A stretch of DNA of 64,000 nucleotides from Eledone cirrhosa (lineage: Eukaryota), in NCBI GenBank assembly GCA_964016885.1, contig OZ024741.1:25358001-25422000 (forward strand), given 5' to 3'. Made by a program: the position numbers and the translations under genes. Below the pieces are notes generated by a model. The model did not search any database. It had not been told where the DNA came from and was given only the letters and a program-made list of their open reading frames with translations. This document shows positions 54,901 through 64,000 of the stretch, piece after piece (within the stretch, counting starts at the first letter, position 1; every line of letters begins with the position of its first letter).

Positions 54901-57900
54901 TATTGTGAGAAACTAAAATGTCTTCTCTGTCTCAATGGTCAACTAAAGACACTATTGTGAGAAACTCAAATGTCAACTGTCTCAATGGTCAACTCAAGAC
55001 ACTATTGTGAGAAACTCAAATGTCTTCTGTCTCAATGGTCAAGTAAAGACACTATTGTGAGAAACTCAAATGTCTGCTCTGTCTCAATGGTCAACTCAAG
55101 ACACTGTTGTGAGAAACTCAAATATCTTCTCTGTCTCAATGGTCAACTAAAGACACTATTGTGAGAAAGTCAAATGTCTGCTCTGTCTCAATGGTCAACT
55201 AAAGACACTGTTGTGAGAAACTCAAATGTCTTCTGTCTCAATGGTCAACTAAAGACACTATTGTGAGAAACTCAAATGTCTGCTCTGTCTCAATGGTCAA
55301 CTAAAGACACTATTGTGAGAAACTCAAATGTCTGCTCTGTCTCAATGGTCAACTCAAGACACTGTTGTGAGAAACTCAAATGTCTTCTCTGTCTCAATGG
55401 TCAACTAAAGACACTATTGTGAGAAACTCAAATGATTTCTCTGTCTCAATGGTCAACTAAAGACACTATTGTGAGAAAGTTAATGGTCAACTGCCTCAAT
55501 AGTCAACTAAAGACACTATTGTGAGAAACTCAAATGTCAACTCTGTCTCAATGGTCAACTAAAGACACTATTGTGAGAAACTCAAATGTCAACTGTCTCA
55601 ATGGTCAACTAAAGACACTATTGTGAGAAACTCAAATGTCTTCTGTCTCAATGGTCAACTAAAGACACTATTGTGAGAAACTCAAGTGTCTACTCTGTCT
55701 CAATGGTCAACTCAAGACACTGTTGTGAGAAACTCAAATGTCTTCTCTGTCTCAATGGTCAACTAAAGACACTATTGTGAGAAACTCAAATGTCTTCTCT
55801 GTCTCAATGGTCAACTAAAGACACTATTGTGAGAAACTCAAATGTCTTCTCTGTCTCAATGGTCAACTAAAGACACTATTGTGAGAAACTCAAATGTCTT
55901 CTCTGTCTCAATGGTCAACTAAAGACACTATTGTGAGAAACTCAAATGTCAACTGTCTCAATGGTCAACTAAAGACACTATTGTGAGAAACTCAAATGTC
56001 TTCTGTCTCAATGGTCAACTAAAGACACTATTGTGAGAAACTCAAATGTCTGCTCTGTCTCAATGGTCAACTCAAGACACTGTTGTGAGAAACTCAAATG
56101 TCTTCTCTGTCTCAATGGTCAACTAAAGACACTATTGTGAGAAACTCAAATGTCTTCTCTGTCTCAATGGTCAACTAAAGACACTATTGTGAGAAACTCA
56201 AATGTCTTCTCTGTCTCAATGGTCAACTAAAGACACTATTGTGAGAAACTCAATGGTCAACTAAAGACACTATTGTGAGAAACTCAAATGTCTTCTCTGT
56301 CTCAATGGTCAACTAAAGACACTATTGTGAGAAACTCAAATGTCTTCTCTGTCTCAATGGTCAACTAAAGACACTATTGTGAGAAACTCAAATGTCTTCT
56401 CTGTCTCAATGGTCAACTAATGACACTATTGTGAGAAACTCATATGTCTTCTCTGTCTCAATGGTCAACTAAAGACACTATTGTGAGAAACTCAAATGTC
56501 TTCTCTGTCTCAATGGTCAACTAAAGACACTATTGTGAGAAAATCAATGGTCAACTGTCTCAATGGTCAACTAAAGACACTATTGTGACAAACTCAATGG
56601 TCAACTAAAGACACTATTGTGAGAAACTCAAATGTCTTCTGTCTCAATGGTCAACTAAAGACACTATTGTGAGAAACTCAAATGTTAACTGTCTCAATGG
56701 TCAACTAAAGACACTATTGTGAGAAACTCAAATGTCTTCTCTGTCTCAATGGTCAACTAAAGACACTATTGTGAGAAACTCAAATATCTGCTCTGTCTCA
56801 ATGGTCAACTAAAGACACTATTGTGAGAAACTCAATGGTCAACTAAAGACACTATTGTGAGAAACTCAAATGACTGCTCTGTCTCAATGGTCAACTAAAG
56901 ACACTATTGTGAGAAACTCAATGGTCAACTAAAGACACTATTGTGAGAAACTCAAATGTCTGCTCTGTCACAATGGTCAACTAAAGACACTATTGTGAGA
57001 AACTCAATGGTCAACTAAAGACACTATTGTGAGAAACTCAAATGTCTGCTCTGTCTCAATGGTCAACTAAAGACACTATTGTGAGAAACTCAATGGTCAA
57101 CTAAAGACACTATTGTGAGAAACTCAAATGTCTTCTCTGTCTCAATGGTCAACTAAAGACACTATTGTGAGAAACTCAATGGTCAACTAAAGACACTATT
57201 GTGAGAAACTCAAATGTCTTCTCTGTCTCAATGGTCAACTAAAGACACTATTGTGAGAAACTCAAATGTCAACTCTGTCTCAATGGTCAACTCAACACAC
57301 TGTTGTGAAAAACTCAATGGTCAACTAAAGACACTATTGTGAGAAACTCAATGGTCAACTAAAGACACTATTGTGAGAAACTCAAATGTCTAATGTCTCA
57401 ATGGTCAACTAAAGACACTACTGTGAGAAACTCAATGGTCAACTAAAGACACTATTGTGAGAAACTCAAATGTCTTCTCTGTCTCAATGGTCAACTAAAG
57501 ACATTATTGTGAGAAACTCAAATGTCAACTGTCTCAATGGTCAACTAAAGACACTATTGTGAGAAACTCAAATGTCTTCTGTCTCAATGGTCAACTAAAG
57601 ACACTATTGTGAGAAACTCAAATGTCTGCTCTGTCTCAATGGTCAACTCAAGACACTGTTGTGAGAAACTCAAATGTCAACTGTCTCAATGGTCAACTAA
57701 AGACACTATTGTGAGAAACTCAAATGTCTGCTCTGTCTCAATGGTCAACTCAAGACACTGTTGTGAGAAACTCAAATGTCAACTGTCTCAATGGTCAACT
57801 AAAGACACTATTGTGAGAAACTCAAATGTCTGCTCTGTCTCAATGGTCAACTCAAGACACTGTTGTGAGAAACTCAAATGTCTTCTCTGTCTCAATGGTC

Positions 57901-60900
57901 AACTAAAGACACTATTGTGAGAAACTCAAATGTCTTCTCTGTCTCAATGGTCAACTAATGACACTATTGTGAGAAACTCATATGTCTTCTCTGTCTCAAT
58001 GGTCAACTAAAGACACTATTGTGAGAAACTCAAATGTCTTCTCTGTCTCAATGGTCAACTAAAGACACTATTGTGAGAAAATCAATGGTCAACTGTCTCA
58101 ATGGTCAACTAAAGACACTATTGTGAGAAACTCAATGGTCAACTAAAGACACTATTGTGAGAAACTCAAATGTCTTCTCTGTCTCAATGGTCAACTAAAG
58201 ACACTATTGTGAGAAACTCAAATGTCTTCTCTGTCTCAATGGTCAACGAAAGACACTATTGTGAGAAACTCAAATGTCTTCTCTGTCTCAATGGTCAACT
58301 AATGACACTATTGTGAGAAACTCATATGTCTTCTCTGTCTCAATGGTCAACTAAAGACACTATTGTGAGAAACTCAAATGTCTTCTCTGTCTCAATGGTC
58401 AACTCTGTCTCAATGGTCAACTAAAGACACTATTGTGAGAAACTCAAATGTCTTCTGTCTCAATGGTCAACTAAAGACACTATTGTGAGAAACTCAAATG
58501 TTAACTGTCTCAATGGTCAACTAAAGACACTATTGTGAGAAACTCAAATGTCTTCTCTGTCTCAATGGTCAACTAAAGACACTATTGTGAGAAACTCAAA
58601 TATCTGCTCTGTCTCAATGGTCAACTAAAGACACTATTGTGAGAAACTCAATGGTCAACTAAAGACACTATTGTGAGAAACTCAAATGACTGCTCTGTCT
58701 CAATGGTCAACTAAAGACACTATTGTGAGAAACTCAATGGTCAACTAAAGACACTATTGTGAGAAACTCAAATGACTGCTCTGTCACAATGGTCAACTAA
58801 AGACACTATTGTGAGAAACTCAATGGTCAACTAAAGACACTATTGTGAGAAACTCAATGGTCAACTAAAGACACTATTGTGAGAAACTCAAATGTCTTCT
58901 CTGTCTCAATGGTCAACTAAAGACACTATTGTGAGAAACTCAATGGTCAACTAAAGACACTATTGTGAGAAACTCAAATGTCTTCTCTGTCTCAATGGTC
59001 AACTAAAGACACTATTGTGAGAAACTCAAATGTCAACTCTGTCTCAATGGTCAACTCAACACACTGTTGTGAAAAACTCAATGGTCAACTAAAGACACTA
59101 TTGTGAGAAACTCAATGGTCAACTAAAGACACTATTGTGAGAAACTCAATGGTCAACTAAAGACACTATTGTGAGAAACTCAAATGTCTAATGTCTCAAT
59201 GGTCAACTAAAGACACTACTGTGAGAAACTCAATGGTCAACTAAAGACACTATTGTGAGAAACTCAAATGTCTTCTGTCTCAATGGTCAACTAAAGACAC
59301 TATTGTGAGAAACTCAAATGTCAACTGTCTCAATGGTCAACTAAAGACACTATTGTGAGAAACTCAAATGTCTTCTGTCTCAATGGTCAACTAAAGACAC
59401 TATTGTGAGAAACTCAAATGTCTGCTCTGTCTCAATGGTCAACTCAAGACACTGTTGTGAGAAACTCAAATGTCAACTGTCTCAATGGTCAACTAAAGAC
59501 ACTATTGTGAGAAACTCAAATGTCTGCTCTGTCTCAAAGGTCGACTCAAGACACTGTTGTGAGAAACTCAAATGTCAACTGTCTCAATGGTCAACTAAAG
59601 ACACTATTGTGAGAAACTCAAATGTCTGCTCTGTCTCAATGGTCAACTCAAGACACTGTTGTGAGAAACTCAAATGTCAACTGTCTCAATGGTCAACTAA
59701 AGACACTATTGTGAGAAACTCAAATGTCTTCTCTGTCTCAATGGTCAACTAAAGACACTATTGTGAGAAAGTCAAATGTCTGCTCTGTCTCAAAGGTCAA
59801 CTCAAGACACTGTTGTGAGAAACTCAAATGTCTTCTCTGTCTCAATGGTCAACTAAAGACACTATTGTGAGAAACTCAAATGTCTTCTGTCTCAATGGTC
59901 AACTAAAGACACTATTGTGAGAAACTCAAATGTCAACTCTGTCTCAATGGTCAACTCAAGACACTATTGTGAGAAACTCAATGGTCAACTAAAGACACTA
60001 TTGTGAGAAACTCAAATATCTTCTGTCTCAATGGTCAACTAAAGACACTATTGTGAGAAACTCAATGGTCAACTAAAGACACTATTGTGAGAAACTCAAA
60101 TGTCTAATGTCTCAATGGTCAACTAAAGACACTATTGTGAGAAACTCAATGGTCAACTAAAGACACTATTGTGAGAAACTCAAATGTCTTCTCTGTCTCA
60201 ATGGTCAACTAAAGACACTATTGTGAGAAACTCAAATGTCTTCTCTGTCTCAATGGTCAACTAAAGACACTATTGTGAGAAACTTAATGGTCAACTGCCA
60301 CAATGGTCAACTAAAGTCACTATTGTGAGAAACTCAAATGTCAACTGTCTCAATGGTCAACTAAAGACACTATTGTGAGAAACTCAAATGTCTTCTGTCT
60401 CAATGGTCAACTAAAGACACTGTTGTGAGAAACTCAAATGTCTTCTCTGTCTCAATGGTCAACTAAAGACACTATTGTGAGAAACTCAAATGTCAACTGT
60501 CTCAATGGTCAACTCAAGACACTATTGTGAGAAACTCAAATGTCTTCTGTCTCAATGGTCAACTAAAGACACTATTGTGAGAAACTCAAATGTCTGCTCT
60601 GTCTCAATGGTCAACTCAAGACACTGTTGTGAGAAACTCAAATGTCTTCTGTCTCAATGGTCAACTAAAGACACTATTGTGAGAAACTCAAATGTCTGCT
60701 CTGTCTCAATGGTCAACTAAAGACACTGTTGTGAGAAACTCAAATGTCTTCTGTCTCAATGGTCAACTAAAGACACTATTGTGAGAAACTCAAATGTCTT
60801 CTGTCTCAATGGTCAACTAAAGACACTATTGTGAGAAACTCAAATGTGAACTGTCTCAATGGTCAACTAAAGACATTATTGTGAGAAACTCAAATGTCTT

Positions 60901-63900
60901 CTGTCTCAATGGTCAACTAAAGACACTATTGTGAGAAACTCAAATGTCTACTCTGTCTCAATGGTCAACTAAAGACACTATTGTGAGAAACTCAAATGTC
61001 AACTGTCTCAATGGTCAACTAAAGACACTATTGTGAGAAACTCAAATGTCTTCCGTCTCAATGGTCAACTAAAGACACTATTGTGAGAAACTCAAATGTC
61101 AACTCTGTCTCAATGGTCAACTAAAGACACTATTGTGAGAAACTCAAATGTCTTCTGTCTCAATGGTCAACTAAAGACACTATTGTGAGAAACTCAAATG
61201 TCTTCTCTGTCTCAATGGTCAACTAAAGACACTATTGTGAGAAACTCAAATGTCAACTGTCTCAATGGTCAACTAAAGACACTATTGTGAGAAACTCAAA
61301 TGTCTTCTGTCTCAATGGTCAACTAAAGACACTATTGTGAGAAACTCAAATGTCTACTCTGTCTCAATGGTCAACTCAAGACACTGTTGTGAGAAACTCA
61401 AATGTCTTCTCTGTCTCAATGGTCAACTAAAGACACTATTGTGAGAAACACAAATGTCTTCTCTGTCTCAATGGTCAACTAAAGACACTATTGTGAGAAA
61501 GTCAAATATCTTCTCTGTCTCAATGGTCAACTAAAGACACTATTGTGAGAAACTCAAATGTCTTCTGTCTCAATGGTCAACTAAAGACACTATTGTGAGA
61601 AACTCAAATGTCAACTGTCTCAATGGTCAACTAAAGACACTATTGTGAGAAACTCAAATGTCTTCTGTCTCAATGGTCAACTAAAGACACTATTGTGAGA
61701 AACTCAAATGTCTGCTCTGTCTCAATGGTCAACTCAAGACACTGTTGTGAGAAACTCAAATGTCTTCTCCGTCTCAATGGTCAACTAAAGACACTATTGT
61801 GAGAAACTCAAATGTTTTCTCTGTCTCAATGATCAACTAAAGACACTATTGTGAGAAACTTAATGGTCAACTGCCTCAATGGTCAACTAAAGACACTATT
61901 GTGAGAAACTCAAATGTCTTCTCTGTCTCAATGGTCAACTAAACACACTATTGTGAGAAACTCAAATGTCTTCTGTCTCAATGGTCAACTAAAGACACTA
62001 TTGTGAGAAACTCAAATGTCTTCTCTGTCTCAATGGTCAACTAAAGACACTATTGTGAGAAACTCAAATGTCAACTGTCTCAATGGTCAACTAAAGACAC
62101 TATTGTGAGAAACTCAAATGTCTTCTGTCTCAATGGTCAACTAAAGACACTATTGTGAGAAACTCAAATGTCTACTCTGTCTCAATGGACAACTCAAGAC
62201 ACTGTTGTGAGAAACTCAAATGTCTTCTCTGTCTCAATGGTCAACTAAAGACACTATTGTGAGAAACTCAAATGTCTTCTGTCTCAATGGTCAACTAAAG
62301 ACACTATTGTGAGAAACTCAAATGTCTTCTGTCTCAATGGTCAACTAAAGACACTATTGTGAGAAACTCAAATGTCTTCTCTGTCTCAATGGTCAACTAA
62401 AGACACTATTGTGAGAAACTCAAATGTCAACTGTCTCAATGGTTAACTAAAGACACTATTGTGAGAAACTCAAATGTCTTCTGTCTCAATGGTCAACTAA
62501 AGACACTATTGTGAGAAACTCAAATGTCTGCTCTGTCTCAATGGTCAACTCAAGACACTGTTGTGAGAAACTCAAATGTCTTCTCTGTCTCAATGGTCAA
62601 CTAAAGACACTATTGTGAGAAACTCAAATGTCTTCTCTGTCTCAATGGTCAACTAAAGACACTATTGTGAGAAACACAAATGTCTTCTGTCTCAATGGTC
62701 AACTAAAGACACTATTGTGAGAAACTCAAATATCTTCTCTGTCTCAATGGTCAACTAAAGACACTATTGTGAGAAACTCAAATGTCTTCTGTCTCAATGG
62801 TCAACTAAAGACACTATTGTGAGAAACTCAAATGTCTGCTCTGTCTCAATGGTCAACTCAAGACACTGTTGTGAGAAACTCAAATGTCTTCTGTCTCAAT
62901 GGTCAACTAAAGACACTATTGTGAGAAACTCAAATGTCTGCTCTGTCTCAATGGTCAACTCAAGACACTGTTGTGAGAAACTCAAATGTCTTCTCCGTCT
63001 CAATGGTCAACTAAAGACACTATTGTGAGAAACTCAAATGTTTTCTCTGTCTCAATGATCAACTAAAGACACTATTGTGAGAAACTTAATGGTCAACTGC
63101 CTCAATGGTCAACTAAAGACACTATTGTGAGAAACTCAAATGTCTTCTCTGTCTCAATGGTCAACTAAACACACTATTGTGAGAAACTCAAATGTCTTCT
63201 GTCTCAATGGTCAACTAAAGACACTATTGTGAGAAACTCAAATGTCTTCTCTGTCTCAATGGTCAACTAAAGACACTATTGTGAGAAACTCAAATGTCAA
63301 CTGTCTCAATGGTCAACTAAAGACACTATTGTGAGAAACTCAAATGTCTTCTGTCTCAATGGTCAACTAAAGACACTATTGTGAGAAACTCAAATGTCTA
63401 CTCTGTCTCAATGGACAACTCAAGACACTGTTGTGAGAAACTCAAATGTCTTCTGTCTCAATGGTCAACTAAAGACACTATTGTGAGAAACTCAAATGTC
63501 TTCTCTGTCTCAATGGTCAACTAAAGACACTATTGTGAGAAACTCAAATGTCTTCTGTCTCAATGGTCAACTAAAGACACTATTGTGAGAAACTCAAATG
63601 TCTTCTCTGTCTCAATGGTCAACTAAAGACACTATTGTGAGAAACTCAAATGTCAACTGTCTCAATGGTTAACTAAAGACACTATTGTGAGAAACTCAAA
63701 TGTCTTCTCTGTCTCAATGGTCAACTAAAGACACTATTGTGAGAAACTCAAATGTCTTCTCTGTCTCAATGGTCAACTAAAGACACTATTGTGAGAAACT
63801 CAAATGTCTTCTCTGTCTCAATGGTCAACTAAAGACACTGTTGTGAGAAACTCAAATGTCTTCTGTCTCAATGGTCAACTAAAGACACTATTGTGAGAAA

Positions 63901-64000
63901 CTCAAATGTCTTCTGTCTCAATGGTCAACTAAAGACACTATTGTGAGAAACTCAAATGTCTTCTGTCTCAATGGTCAACTAAAGACACTATTGTGAGAAA
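51917..64000. repeat. 52/50/34-bp satellite (GTGAGAAACTCAAATGTCTTCTCTGTCTCAATGGTCAACTAAAGACACTATT) in an upstream NDUFS1 intron, running off the window
   Basis: Continuous tandem monomers; the 34-bp form lacks the 18-bp ATGTCTTCTCTGTCTCAA module. Confidence 0.98.

Noticed and set aside
51917-64000. Repeat-spacer appearance and short ORFs (MRNSNVCSVSMVN...)
   Set aside because: The variable modules are a few recurring variants rather than acquired spacers; the ORFs are chance read-throughs of the satellite.

Overview
Eukaryotic (animal, most likely cephalopod/Octopus-like) genomic DNA lying entirely inside the minus-strand nuclear gene NDUFS1 (complex I 75-kDa Fe-S subunit). Eight internal exons were reconstructed (51142-51223, 50650-50714, 50436-50513, 49003-49188, 48309-48408, 47522-47671, 46155-46300, 1925-2053); all have GT-AG ends and compatible phases. 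About 80% of the window is intronic satellite. A 32-bp satellite (~2781-45570) fills a single 44,101-bp intron. A 52/50/34-bp satellite (51917 to beyond the window end) lies in an upstream intron and appears homologous to the first. An intact RTE-clade LINE (29054-34108) sits inside the 32-bp array; it has a 1033-aa APE-RT ORF, a PHD-like C4HC3 finger, ~400-bp tandem 5' monomers and a 7-bp TSD. The unique introns hold RTE and CR1 relics, tRNA-derived SINEs, and two sets of inverted repeats that bracket frame-symmetric exon blocks. No CRISPR or other prokaryotic system is present.
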